The notes below the pieces were generated by a model, which was not told the origin of the DNA, did not search any database, and worked only from the letters and a program-made list of their open reading frames with translations. A stretch of 64,000 bases of DNA from a virus: IMG/VR virus record IMGVR_UViG_3300032293_000766, positions 1-64,000 of that record; one strand, given 5' to 3'. This document shows positions 46,057-58,100 of the stretch, in pieces (within the stretch, counting starts at the first letter, position 1; the number at the start of each line of letters is the position of its first letter). The translations under genes and the position numbers were made by a program.

Positions 46057-46585
46057 CTATATCGCTGAAAATATATGGTACGCAGTCATACACAACGTAT
46101 CATTAGACATATTATCTTTTGGTAGCTTATATTTTGGCAGAGAGATATCTACTAATCATACTATAAAAATTTTTGATACAGAAAAAAATCTAGAAGAGTA
46201 TGTAGATAGTCGCAAGGGCGACTCTTGGTATAAATCACATAAAAACAACGTAGATACTAATACCCCCATAACCAAACAAATAAAAGAAATAATGATAGAG
46301 CGCGAAAAAGAAATCCTAAATAGTGGATGGCAAACAAGCTTCAACTATAGATTATCTATGAATGATAGCACTTATAATACTCTTATGAATACATTAATAT
46401 CTAGCAAAGACGCATCACTAGAAGATACCGCAAAGATAATGATATTAGACAGTGAAAACATACCAAGACAAATTAAATTCGAAGATTTCAAAAAACTCAT
46501 GTTTGAATATAACCAAGCGCGTATTTTATTTCAAATGTGTTATAACAAGCGTATTAAAGAGATAGAATCTAGGAAAGTACTATAA
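46049..46585 (+). CDS. Hypothetical protein, possible fibre-assembly chaperone
   Basis: Overlaps the end of the giant adhesin gene; helical C-half. Confidence 0.5.
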   Translation: MYNYIAENIWYAVIHNVSLDILSFGSLYFGREISTNHTIKIFDTEKNLEEYVDSRKGDSWYKSHKNNVDTNTPITKQIKEIMIEREKEILNSGWQTSFNYRLSMNDSTYNTLMNTLISSKDASLEDTAKIMILDSENIPRQIKFEDFKKLMFEYNQARILFQMCYNKRIKEIESRKVL

Positions 46586-47067
46586 TGCCCGTCAATATAC
46601 CACAAAGCGTATTTGATAAATATTTTGACGTTATAGATTCCACCTTTGATATATTCGGAGTGACATGTCAATTAGTATCAATAGACAAAAAAGAAATTAT
46701 TAATAAAGATCCAAATAATAACTACCCAAATCGTGATACTGTAAATCCACACAGAAGGGGTAATGGTATAGTGAATACTGGGAATACTACTATTATAGAA
46801 ACAGAAATATTAACAGATATCAAACTCAAAGTATATTGGGATAGTAAGCAGTGGGTTAAAGTAACAGACAGTATAGTAGCCCCTAACACTTCTATCCAAA
46901 CTATCTGCTTTATGTCTGATTTACAAAAAATACTTAACGCAAAAGCTTTAATAGTACACAAAGATATCAAAGATAAAAAAGAGATGAGATTTGAAAGAAT
47001 CGGTGAACATATACCTCTAGGTTTAAAACAAAATAGATATTTTGCCTGTTTTTGGAAAAGAGTATGA
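46585..47067 (+). CDS. Putative head-closure/neck protein
   Basis: 160 aa, beta-rich; first of three genes before the tail tube. Confidence 0.5.
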   Translation: MPVNIPQSVFDKYFDVIDSTFDIFGVTCQLVSIDKKEIINKDPNNNYPNRDTVNPHRRGNGIVNTGNTTIIETEILTDIKLKVYWDSKQWVKVTDSIVAPNTSIQTICFMSDLQKILNAKALIVHKDIKDKKEMRFERIGEHIPLGLKQNRYFACFWKRV

Positions 47068-47699
47068 TAACCATAAAGCTGATAGATCCAGTTTCAAAAA
47101 TAACTACCGATATTAATCTCTCTATCGCCCAATATCTGAATGACAGAATAATAAAAAATAGACTTTCCACTATCAATAAAATTAAGAGTTATATACCAGC
47201 TTGGATTAATTCTCAGCCAGAAATAATATCTTTACAGTCTCAAACTACAAATACTCTATTTGCTCTATTTGGATTAAGATCTGGATCTACAAATAGTATC
47301 GTAGACGATATCATAAACAGTGTTGTTAATTCTCTTTCTTTTAGTTTTAATCCTATAGATAATCAATTAAATGGTGGCATAACAATAGAGTTACAGCCAT
47401 CAGATTTTCAAAACTTATTATCTTTACAAAGTGGACACGTAGTATATAGTCAAGGAGATTTACACTGGCTTAACTGGCTATTAACTATGGGAAATTCAGT
47501 TATAATAGCTAATTACAATTACTCGCCACAATCTGGAGCGGGTAGATCTAGACAGGGCATAATGAAATTTGGAGGTTCTTTCAGAATACCCCCACAATAT
47601 TCTGGTACAGATACAGACAATTTTATAACAAGAGCATTAACCGGTTCTGCGCAAGAAGATCAAATAACTCAAATCATAAATACAGAATTATTCAAATGA
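47064..47699 (+). CDS. Putative neck/tail-completion protein
   Basis: WLNWLLTMG...GRSRQGIM...FITRAL; position; ATGA overlaps. Confidence 0.5.
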   Translation: MITIKLIDPVSKITTDINLSIAQYLNDRIIKNRLSTINKIKSYIPAWINSQPEIISLQSQTTNTLFALFGLRSGSTNSIVDDIINSVVNSLSFSFNPIDNQLNGGITIELQPSDFQNLLSLQSGHVVYSQGDLHWLNWLLTMGNSVIIANYNYSPQSGAGRSRQGIMKFGGSFRIPPQYSGTDTDNFITRALTGSAQEDQITQIINTELFK

Positions 47700-48646
47700 G
47701 CGACTATACATCCTTAAAAGGATTTAACAGTGTTTTTGAAACAACTCTTGGTAATGAGTTGCAAGATAATATTGTTGAATTTTTTGATTGGGGCTTATTA
47801 CAAAAGGGCAACTATTTTAATGTAACCCTTGGTGAACGCAACGAGAGTAACGAAGATTATAGTAAATTATCTTATGTAGATTTACAAAATGTTAACGGCA
47901 CCGTTTTTCAGGCATTTAGAGGTAATTGGGTTTGGCAAAGTGGAATTAGCTATCCAAACCCACCTGTTTATCCATCGTCTATATACGTAGATGGTCGCCT
48001 CAATGTACAGCCAAGCGGTAGAGATTATAAAATAGACTATTACAATGGTAGAATAATTTTTACTCAGCCAAGTGGATCAAGTAATCCTAATGGTATAAAT
48101 AAAAATAGCATAATACAAGTTCCATACTCATACAAATATATTAATGTTATTTACGCAAACACTTTACCTTGGCTGAAAGAAATTGAGTATAAGTCACTTT
48201 ACAATGTAGATCAAGACCCGAATAAAACTACACCAAGTGAAATGAAAATTCAATTACCGGCCATAGCGGTTGAAATAGTCCCAAACAGAAGAATGTCTGG
48301 ATATCAACTTGGTGGCGGGCAATATATAACTAATCAGATTTTGTTCCATTGTATAGCTGAAAATGACTTTGATCTAAATAGGTTAGTTGATATTGTTTCT
48401 ATGCAAAATGATAAAACGATATATACCTTTAATTCTAATACTATAGCTTCTAGTGGCGCTTTTCCAATTAAGTATGACGGCACCCTATCCTCTAATCCAC
48501 TAAGATATCCAGAACTTATTAAAAATTTCCCAGGATATAGTGTTCGACTAAACAAATGCACGGCTAATGAATCTAAAACCATTAATAGTAACTTATTTTT
48601 GTGTATAGTAAGTATAATGGCAGAAATCATCGATGAAAATATTTAA
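47696..48646 (+). CDS. Putative tail terminator
   Basis: QLPAIAVE...GYQLGGG...FHCIAEND pattern directly before the tail tube. Confidence 0.55.
   Translation: MSDYTSLKGFNSVFETTLGNELQDNIVEFFDWGLLQKGNYFNVTLGERNESNEDYSKLSYVDLQNVNGTVFQAFRGNWVWQSGISYPNPPVYPSSIYVDGRLNVQPSGRDYKIDYYNGRIIFTQPSGSSNPNGINKNSIIQVPYSYKYINVIYANTLPWLKEIEYKSLYNVDQDPNKTTPSEMKIQLPAIAVEIVPNRRMSGYQLGGGQYITNQILFHCIAENDFDLNRLVDIVSMQNDKTIYTFNSNTIASSGAFPIKYDGTLSSNPLRYPELIKNFPGYSVRLNKCTANESKTINSNLFLCIVSIMAEIIDENI
48601..48613 (+). promoter_or_regulatory. Putative late promoter GTGTATAGTAAGT
   Basis: 77 bp before the tail tube start; identical to 35357. Confidence 0.5.
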
Positions 48647-48677
48647 ACTAACAACATATTCTATAGGAGAGTAACTC

Positions 48678-49844
48678 ATGCCTAATAATAAGAGAATTTT
48701 TTATGCCTGCCAAGCTGTTGGCATTTCGGAAATGAATAAAGCTACGCCAGCTATGCACATTTTGCACGGCGTTCAGAGCGTTGGCATTAACACTGCTTTT
48801 AATCTTGAGCAAGTCTTTGAACTTGGTCAATTACAAATTTATGAAAACATTGAAGGTATTCCAGAAGTTGAAGTTACTTTAGAAAAAGTACTAGACGGGT
48901 TTCCCCTTATTTATACAGCCGCCACTTCCTCAAGAGACGCTTTGGGGTTTAATAGTGCTGTTGGTAATGGTTTAGCACAGCGCGCTAATAATCAGTGCTG
49001 TTTGCATTTAGGTATTTTTGATGAGACTAATAATACAGTATCATCTTTTGCGCCCACTACTCAGGTTTATATGTCTGGGATGTATGTCAGTAATGTTAGT
49101 TACACTATGCCAACTGATGGAAACATGACAGAATCTATTACATTAGCTGGAAATCATAAAACATGGGCGCCAGCAACTGCTAATCAGATGACTTCTGCAC
49201 TTACTGTTAAATTGAGCGGTGTCGGTACTACTGGTTCAGCAGCTGATAGAGTTGGTGCCGATCAACCGCGCGATGGCGTAGGCGCAGTTGGTGTTGCAAG
49301 AAGAGAAAATTTCGTAATGGCTTCATCAATTATGCCAAAAAGTATTATTAAGGCTACATCACCAAGTAGGTCCAGTGCTGATATTACAGCAACTAGCGGA
49401 AATGGCTATGACTCTACTACTAATTCTCCCACTGTTCATATCCAATCAGTAACTGTTAGTACAGACTTTGGTCGTGAAGATATTTTCGAACTAGGTCGTA
49501 AGTTTGCTTACTATCGCCCTGCTACATTCCCAGTAGAGGTTACTTGTGAAATGGAAGTTATTTCTAATTCTGGAGACTATGTAAGTGCTTTAGAAGAAGG
49601 CGATCCCGACTTCCATTCAGTCGCAAGAACTAGTGGTAATAACACTAGTGATGAAACTATTAAATTAATCATTAACAATGGTTATACTTTTGATCTTGGT
49701 ACTAAAAATAGATTATCATCAGTTAACTTTGCTGGTGGCGATGCCGGTGGCGGTAATGCTACTATGACATTTAGCTATACTAACTTCAATGATTTAACAA
49801 TAATAGACCAAAACAGTGGCGTACTTACTAGTAATGTACAATAA
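48678..49844 (+). CDS. Major tail tube protein
   Basis: 388 aa; duplicated (V/I)QSV....F..E..FELG motif (two tube-like domains); AGGAG RBS. Confidence 0.75.
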   Translation: MPNNKRIFYACQAVGISEMNKATPAMHILHGVQSVGINTAFNLEQVFELGQLQIYENIEGIPEVEVTLEKVLDGFPLIYTAATSSRDALGFNSAVGNGLAQRANNQCCLHLGIFDETNNTVSSFAPTTQVYMSGMYVSNVSYTMPTDGNMTESITLAGNHKTWAPATANQMTSALTVKLSGVGTTGSAADRVGADQPRDGVGAVGVARRENFVMASSIMPKSIIKATSPSRSSADITATSGNGYDSTTNSPTVHIQSVTVSTDFGREDIFELGRKFAYYRPATFPVEVTCEMEVISNSGDYVSALEEGDPDFHSVARTSGNNTSDETIKLIINNGYTFDLGTKNRLSSVNFAGGDAGGGNATMTFSYTNFNDLTIIDQNSGVLTSNVQ

Positions 49845-49905
49845 AGAATAGCGATTTAGGAAAATAAAGGAAACATATGAAAGCTCTCGCTGGTGAGGTT
49901 CTATA

Positions 49906-50946
49906 ATGGACTTTCAAAAGCGAGAGCTTTTTGTATTAAAAATTAGATTAGGTAAAATTAAAATACCAAAATTAAAATGTGAATTATATCCACCCACCAT
50001 TGAGGATAGGTTAGAGTCATGCGAAGTATATGATCAAGCGTACTTCAATGCTCTCAATGAAGAGATGATGACTGAACATCAAATGGCCGAGTGGATGATA
50101 GAACATAACTTATGGAGTCATCACGAAGAAAAAGACTTAGAAGGTATAAGAAAAAACATAGAAGATATTAAAGTAGAAGTATACAAGCTCAATAAAGAAA
50201 AAAATAAAGCCAATCAACTAAAGAGATATCTTAGGTCTATTGAAAAAAAGCTTAATGACCAAATAAACAAAAAAAACTTGTATTACTATAATACATGTGA
50301 AAGTATAGCCAATCTAGAGAAACTAAGATATTTAATTAAGCGTAATTGCTTACAAAATAATAGGATATGTGACTTAGAAGATGACGAATTAGACTATGTT
50401 CTAGATTGTTTCCGTGAGAGTATTTTATCGGAAGAAATAATAAGAGAAGTTTCGCGCAACGAGCCGTGGCGTTCTTTGTGGTTCATTAAAAATCACAATA
50501 AACAAGACGTATTTTTGAATCTAGATAGAGATATTACTATAAATCAACAAAATTTATTATTGTGGTCACAAACATATGATAATATCCATGAATCAATGGA
50601 CTGCCCAAGCGACGATGTTATAGATGATGATGATATGTTGGATGGATGGTTAATATTTCAGTCACGTAAAAGAAAACAGGAAAAGGTAGAGCAGGATATG
50701 GACAAAAAGATGAGTAGTAAAGTTAAAAATTCTTCTGAAGTATATTTAATGGCATCTAATATTGATGAAGCTAAAGATATAGAAAATATTAATTCATATC
50801 ACTCTAAGATGATTAAGAAGCAAAGGCAAGCAGTCATAAAGCACAGCGGTGACGCTGGCGTTACTCAGGATAAATTTCAAGACGAAATATTAGACCAGCA
50901 AGCTAAACAAAATCAACAATTTTTACAGAACGCTAGGAGGAAATAA
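49906..50946 (+). CDS. Hypothetical protein, possible tail assembly chaperone
   Basis: 346 aa; YDNIHESMDCPSDDVIDDDDMLDGW; between tube and tape measure. Confidence 0.5.
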   Translation: MDFQKRELFVLKIRLGKIKIPKLKCELYPPTIEDRLESCEVYDQAYFNALNEEMMTEHQMAEWMIEHNLWSHHEEKDLEGIRKNIEDIKVEVYKLNKEKNKANQLKRYLRSIEKKLNDQINKKNLYYYNTCESIANLEKLRYLIKRNCLQNNRICDLEDDELDYVLDCFRESILSEEIIREVSRNEPWRSLWFIKNHNKQDVFLNLDRDITINQQNLLLWSQTYDNIHESMDCPSDDVIDDDDMLDGWLIFQSRKRKQEKVEQDMDKKMSSKVKNSSEVYLMASNIDEAKDIENINSYHSKMIKKQRQAVIKHSGDAGVTQDKFQDEILDQQAKQNQQFLQNARRK

Positions 50947-51272
50947 TGTCTCAGGATTATAAAAATATTAGAGATAAAAAATATCAAATTGATTCTAAAG
51001 ATAGGCTATCTAAGATATTGAAAAAGAAAGTTCAAACTACAATGATCGGCGCGTTGAGTACTATGGAAAAATATTTTGGGTTTTTATGGAATAGTGATAC
51101 AGGTAAGTTAACGGAAGATCAGAAGAAAATGCTTGAATTATATCAAGCAATGCGCTCGGAGATATTAGACAAGGGGAATCATCAAGCCAGAAATATTGAT
51201 GCTGAATTGTCTCAGTATAATGTGGAATGGCTAAGATATAATATAACAATGCCAGTTATAAACAAGGAGTAA
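50946..51272 (+). CDS. Hypothetical protein (108 aa)
   Basis: TAATG coupling. Confidence 0.6.
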   Translation: MSQDYKNIRDKKYQIDSKDRLSKILKKKVQTTMIGALSTMEKYFGFLWNSDTGKLTEDQKKMLELYQAMRSEILDKGNHQARNIDAELSQYNVEWLRYNITMPVINKE

Positions 51273-51275
51273 AAA

Positions 51276-52139
51276 ATGAAAGAAAAGCAGAGACAAGTTG
51301 AAGTTAAATTGGAAGATGGAACAGTTAAGAAGGTTTTAGTCAAGAAACCTAGTAATAAGTTACTATCAGACGCCCAATTGCTTGGTGCCAAAGTGTGGAC
51401 AAATTGTACACGCGATGGAATTATGACAAAGAAAGAATTAGAAGTTTTTATGCGCAATAGAAACATTTGGGATTCTGAGAAAGATCAACAGCAACAGGCT
51501 TTAGTTGATTCTATATCTAACTTAGAAAGAGAACTTGCGCTAGGTACAGATGGTAAGTTAACTAAAAAGCGCGGTAAAGAAATTGCAATTTCTATGCGTA
51601 GACTTAGATTAATGTTACGTAATCTTATATCTGAAAGATTAAGTCTTGAGCAGAATACTGCCGAAGCTTTATCTGAAAATGCTAAGTTTGATTTTCTAGT
51701 TGCTAACTGCGTTTATCTTGAAGATGGCAATACAAAAGTGTATAATTCTCTAGAAGATTATAGCGCTAAAGCAGACGATGAAGTAGCCTATGCTTCTGCT
51801 AACGCTTTGGCTCAGATGATGTACTCTATAGACAAAGAGTTCGAAGAAAAACTTCCAGAGAACAAATTTCTTAAAAAGTTTAACTTTGTTAATAGTGATT
51901 TAAGCTTAGTAGATGCAGAGAATAACCTCGTAGATATAGACGGTAAAAGAATAGACAGCGAAGGTTATTATCTCAATGAAGATGGCAATAGAGTAGATTT
52001 AGAAGGTCATGTATTAGATTCTGATGGAGCTTTAGCTTTACAAGCAGAATATGTAGATGATGAATCTGAAGAAGTTTCTACTGAAGTAAAAGAGAAAGTA
52101 AAGAAAAAGGCGTCAAAGAAAAAAGAAGCGGACAGTTAA
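51276..52139 (+). CDS. Putative tail assembly chaperone
   Basis: 287 aa; AAGGAG RBS; immediately upstream of the tape measure gene. Confidence 0.55.
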   Translation: MKEKQRQVEVKLEDGTVKKVLVKKPSNKLLSDAQLLGAKVWTNCTRDGIMTKKELEVFMRNRNIWDSEKDQQQQALVDSISNLERELALGTDGKLTKKRGKEIAISMRRLRLMLRNLISERLSLEQNTAEALSENAKFDFLVANCVYLEDGNTKVYNSLEDYSAKADDEVAYASANALAQMMYSIDKEFEEKLPENKFLKKFNFVNSDLSLVDAENNLVDIDGKRIDSEGYYLNEDGNRVDLEGHVLDSDGALALQAEYVDDESEEVSTEVKEKVKKKASKKKEADS

Positions 52140-52170
52140 TAGATAGTGCAGTCATTTCACGGAGAATAAA

Positions 52171-55100
52171 ATGTCCAGATTTGTTTTGACTGCTCAGTTA
52201 CAACTACAAGCACCAAGTAATGTTCGTCAAGTAGTAAATCAGATTCAAAGCCAATTAGCTGGCGTTAATGTTCCTATTAACATTCAGAACTCTGCTGTTG
52301 CTACTAGACAAATTAATCAAATAAAAGCTGCTACTAACGATGCCACTACTGCGGCAGAACGTATGGGTGCAGCTTTTGGTGTTTCGTTAAAAAGATTCGC
52401 TTCATTTTCTATAGCCACAAGGGCGGTAGGATTATTTACTAGCGGTCTAGCTGGAGCTATTAAAGACGCTATAGCTTTTGAAAGAGAATTAATTAAAGTT
52501 GCCCAAGTAAGTAATCAAAGTATAGCTTCATTAAAAGGTTTAACTTCTACTATAACTGAACTTGCTACGAGTTTAGGTGTAGAGTCTAAATCTTTGCTTG
52601 AAGTATCTACAATCTTAAAGCAGGCCGGTTTATCAGCTAATGATACCTCTATTGCTTTAAGAACACTAGCCAAAGCAGCATTAGCACCTAACTTTGATAG
52701 TATTACAGAAACTACTGAAGGTGCTATTGCTATTTTGGCACAGTTCGGATTGGGCGTAACGGCACTAGAAGGCCAACTATCTTCTATCGATGCCGTTGCT
52801 GGCGCATTTGCTGTTGAAGCTTCTGACTTAATTGACGTTATTAGAAGAACTGGTGGCGTGTTTAAATCATCTGGTGGAGATTTAAATGAGCTTATTGCCT
52901 TATTCACCAGCGTTAGAGCAACGACGCGCGAAAGTGCCGAAAGTATTGGTACTGGATTAAGAACAATTTTTACACGTATACAAAGACCAAAAACTATTGA
53001 GTTCTTAAAACAATTTGGTGTTGAGTTAGTTGATCTAGAGGGTAAGTTCGTTGGCCCATTTGAAGCAGTCAAGAGATTAAGTGCTGCATTAAATGGATTA
53101 GGAGAAGGAGATTTAACTTTTATACGTGTTGCTGAAGAATTGGGTGGCTTTAGACAGATCGGCAAAGTTCTCCCACTTTTACAGCAGTTTGCTATTGCCC
53201 AAAACGCTTTGAATGTAGCACAAAATGCTGGTAATGGATTGACACAAAATGCAGTAACCGCCCAACAGGCTTTAGCTATTCGCATTACTAAAGTAAAAGA
53301 AGAATTTCTTGCTTTCGTAAGAGGTGTTACAGAAAGTAAAGGTTTTCAATTATTTGTTAATACTGCACTAAATTTAGCCTCTGCTTTCATTAAGATAGGT
53401 GAAGCTTTAACACCAGTTATTCCACTTCTTACGGCGATGATGGCTATTAATATTAGTCGTGGCATAGGTAGTTTTTTAACTTCTATACCGCGCGGAGTCG
53501 CTTCTAATAGACTTAGTGGTGGTGGTAGAGTCTTAGGTTTTGAAAAGGGTGGAATGGTTCCCGGTGTTGGCAATAAAGATAGCGTACCGGCCATGTTGAC
53601 TCCCGGTGAAATTGTCATGAATCGTGCAGCTGTACAGAAATATGGTGCTGGTAATTTAGTAAAAATGAATCGCTCTGCTAGTGGTGGATATACTGTTGAA
53701 CAACTGAAAGATTCACAGAAAAAAATAATATCTAGAAGTCTTTATCCCACCTCTCCTACATCTCATTTAGAATTAAACGATAAAGTTAAAGCTAATATCG
53801 TACAAATGCCAGCTAACGAGCCACTGTCACCCGAAGAAATTGACAGTATAAGAAAAGCTTATCCAAGTTTAACTCCTGATCAAATGAAAAGAATTAAGGA
53901 TGGGAATCAGCGCAAATCTTTGATAGATATTCGCAAAAATCCACAAAGCGCTTCAAAAGAAGATATTACTTTATCTAAAGAATTTGCTAGAGCAGAACGA
54001 GTCTGGGGGCAGGCTTATGAGCAAGTATTAATAAATAGAAGCAAGGGCAAGGATAGTCAAGGTGAATTAAGCTTGGCAAACTCCGGTGATTTAAATTACC
54101 CAGTAGATGTAAAAAGAGGTAATGCTGGTTCTGAAACTTGGGGAGAAGTCAAGTTTAAAACTAGCAAAGAGCCTAAAAAAGACTTAACTGCTAAACTTCT
54201 TGCAAAAAAAATATTAGATAATCAGATAAATACATTATTTACTGAGAATAAACCAGATCCAAAAATTGACGATGTTGATTTAGGAATATTAGAATATTAT
54301 TCTGGCATATCTAAAGGAGATAGTCATAAATTACAGTTTTATAAAGGTCTAAGTTTAGGTGGTAGGGTTCAAAGATTTGAAGAAGGTGGCGTTGCTCAAC
54401 GCAGAGTTGGTATTATAGATAGTGACGTTCTTAGAGACAAGAAAAATGCAGCAAGAGTAGCTGAAGGCATGAAGCTATTAGATGCTAAATCTGAAGCTGA
54501 CTATGCTATTAAGCTGTCTAAACTAGCTGGCGAAGCAAGGCAGGCTGGCTCATTAAATAAATTTAGAGTTATGACTGGCGCTGCTGCAAATCGTAAAAGC
54601 AGTGTTGCTACTGGTCGCGGAGCTAAAGATGATGCCACATTAAGGAAAACAACTAGAAAACAAATTTTACATCCAGATGATTTAAAAGATGTTGATCAAG
54701 TCATGTCATTAACAACTACCCTAAAAGATTCTAAGTTAGACTATATGGGTATGGCTGATAGAATCTACGTCAAAGATTCTTCTACTGAAGATGAACAAAA
54801 ACTAGTTAAGTTATTTGAAAGACAACGCAATCTTCAAAAAGATCCTACTTTATACGGTAGGGAAACAGGAACTACTGAAGGTTTAAACCCAGACTATGGC
54901 TTACAAACAGCGTCACTAATATCACAATTTGGAACGACAGAAGATCGTACAAATAAAGGTAAGGTGATGACTCTTGGAGAAAAAACTGATCAATCTGGCG
55001 CTCCACGTTTTCAAGTAAGAAGAAAGCGTTTAGAAGAATTGCCAGAATTAGTTAGTGCTAAAGGTCAATTCCCCGGCGCAGCTTCCCCACTTACTAGAGG

Positions 55101-58100
55101 TCACGCTGAAACTGCTGTAGGCACACTACTTGCTAAAGTTAGGGAAAAATATCCAGACGCTACTCATAAAGATTTATTATTTGCTTTAGCTCCAGATTTA
55201 TCTTTGAGTGGTGGATCGCAAGGTAGGGAACATGGTTCAAGATATGGAGAATATCCAGCGTCATTTAGAAGAGATTTAATTAAGCTGGCTTTACCAGAGA
55301 TGATGATTTCCTCTGCCAATAGCGCATCTCAAACTGGTATTAATTCAAGAATTTCTGAAATTGAGAAGGGCGCTACTGGTCGAAGAAGATTTGCGGTAAT
55401 GGAAAAAGACGCCCCAGTTGTTATATCTAAAGCAGAAAATGAAAATCCAGAAGGCGTAATGGAAAGATATAGATCTGCTGGATTAACTCCATATAATATA
55501 GCTAGATCAGCTGATACTGAGGGGGATAGTATTAGCGGTACAGCCACAAGGCAAGCTGTAATTGATAAAGATTATGCCAAGTTAGATTTAGCCGTATTGC
55601 CACAAGTTGGTTCTGCTATTAAAGCTAATCAACCACAATTGCGCAATCGCAGGATGATGGTTCCACTAGTACAACAAGCTTTAGATATTTTTACACAGGC
55701 AAATGCTAGTAAGGTAAACGAACAGGTAGACAGTATATTGCAAAACGCTTCTGGTGGCCCGTTTACAAGGATGACTCCTAAATTTAAGGAGTCTCATCCC
55801 AATCTAGTTAAACAGATTAAACAGCTTAGAAGTAGTAGGGATATATTTGAAAGAGAAGCTTTCCTAGATCCGGCTCATGACTTAATTAGAATAATTAGTG
55901 ATAGATATCCAGATATGTATGGCTTAGATGTATCAAGAAAAGAGCCAGTAGATGTGCCTGTTACTGAAGATATGATTAAACAACATATTGTTGATGCTAG
56001 CAAGTCATCTTCTTATTTTAGACCCGGTTTATCTTTCAATGGTGATGGAATACAATTATCGCCAACATTACAAAAAGTTAAGGACGCTGTTGATAAAGAA
56101 GTAAAATCTGAAGTTGTTGCTGAACCGACAGTAGAGAAAGAAATAGTAGCCCCAAATAGTAGAAGTGACATATTTAAGATTTTATCTAGAGAAGAGGCCG
56201 CAGCTGCTTCTGGCGTGAGTGGAATTAAAGCCTATGATATTATGGGTATACGTAGACCGCTAACCCCAGACGAACAAAAGGTTAAGGATGCTATTAAGGC
56301 TGCATATGTTAAAAAGGTCAAGCGTCAAGGGGCATCAGCTAAAGCCCAGACAACTAAATTAAGAGAAAAGGGATTAGAATTTGGCGCTGCTGGATTATTT
56401 GGAAAAGCTTTTGCAGCTAAAAATATTAAAATTGAATCTGATAAATTGTCTAGCTCAAGAATGGTTAGAGTTAATAGTGGCGTAATGGATCAGGCTACAG
56501 CCACAAGACTTAGTACAACAATGAGCCAAGGCGTTAGTGACATTATTAGTAAAGGTACTAATATAGTTAGGGCTGGACAGTCAAAATCGCCTCCAACGCA
56601 AAATCCACTTCAAGGATTAAATACTAATACTAATGCCACTATTCAGGGTGGATTAATAGAGCAAATAATTCAACAGCTAGGTGGCCCCGGTGCCGTTAAG
56701 GGTAAAGGATTTGACTTTCCAGAAGGATTGCAGGGTGCTGCTAAGTATTTTAATATAGATCCAAGCATTCCAACAGACGTTAAGAGAACTCTATCTGGCC
56801 CCTCTACCATTAAAGATAATATAGTTACTTATCTTAAAAATGTAATGGGTTATAATAGTGGTGGATTAGTACAGAAATTTCCTATAGGTGGCAGAGTATC
56901 TAGAAAAGTACCTTATGACGAGGTTGAGGGCGATCCATTTGCTAAAGCAGCTAATAGTAACACGCTTGGATCTTCAGCTTATGATTTAGAAAAAAGTAGC
57001 GGTTTAAGTCCTACCGAGTTTGAACAAGCTTACCAATACGCTAAGACCGCTCAGTTTAACATTGAAGAATTCAAAAAAGATTTAGCTAGAAGATTAGAAG
57101 CTAAAAAACAAAGATCTCAAATCAAAACTGATTCGTCTAGTATGTTGCAACAATTAATGCAACAAACTAAGACATCTACAGATAAACAAATAGCATTAGG
57201 AAAAACATTACAGGATACTTCTAATGATATAGGGTATAGGCCATCCGAATTAGAAAGAATAGCTCAAGCAAGAGCAGATATTAGTAATGCCATTCAACCT
57301 ACAAGAAGGAGAATGGGTGGTCGCCTTGGTTTTGAAACTGGCGGTACTGTTCCAGCTTTAGTTAGTAATGGTGAAGCTTATGTTCCACCAGCTATGGCTA
57401 AAAAGATAGGTTACGGAAAACTCAATAGGATGAATCAGGCAGACCGTAATGGTATGGGGCGATTTAGCGAAGGTGGCATTAGCGTATTCAAGGGGCCGGG
57501 AAGTGGTACTAGTGATAGTATTCCCACTAATTTACCAGTTGGTAGTTTTATAATACGAGAGAAGGCTACTAAAGCATTAGGATTGAATAGAGGGGGAAGT
57601 GTTGGTGGCGTTAGAAGATTTTTTAAAGGTGGTCAAAATACAAAAGATGCTAGCAGAACAAAGGGTTATACTTCTTATGCAAATATAGAAGATGCTGCAA
57701 ATGATTTTGCGGATATAATTGGTCAATTAGGTCCAAGAATCGCTCAAGATATTCAAAAAAGATTTCAAGGCATTGAAAATGTACAGGCTGGACAAACACC
57801 GAAGCTATCTAAAAAACCTATGAAAGAAGGAATGCGCGGTGCAGCTGTCATTAATTCTCAAGGGCAGACATCAATGGCTTTACAAATACAAGGAGCGAAT
57901 GCTGCTGCTAACAGTAACACACTTGCTCATGAAACTGGTCACTTAGCAGACTTCTCACTCGGTGGAGGTAAAGAACTAGCAAGTAAAACAGAAGGTACTT
58001 TTCAATTTGACTTGGTTGAAAAAGTTAAGCCTATTATGATAAAAGCTTTTGAAGCAGCGGGTGAATCAGCACAAAGAATTGCAGAATATTGCGCTTCAAA

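Noticed and set aside
46585-52139. Tail sheath gene or programmed frameshift in the tail chaperones
   Set aside because: No sheath-sized ORF lies before the tube, and the three ORFs before the TMP each have their own start with no convincing slippery site at the junctions.
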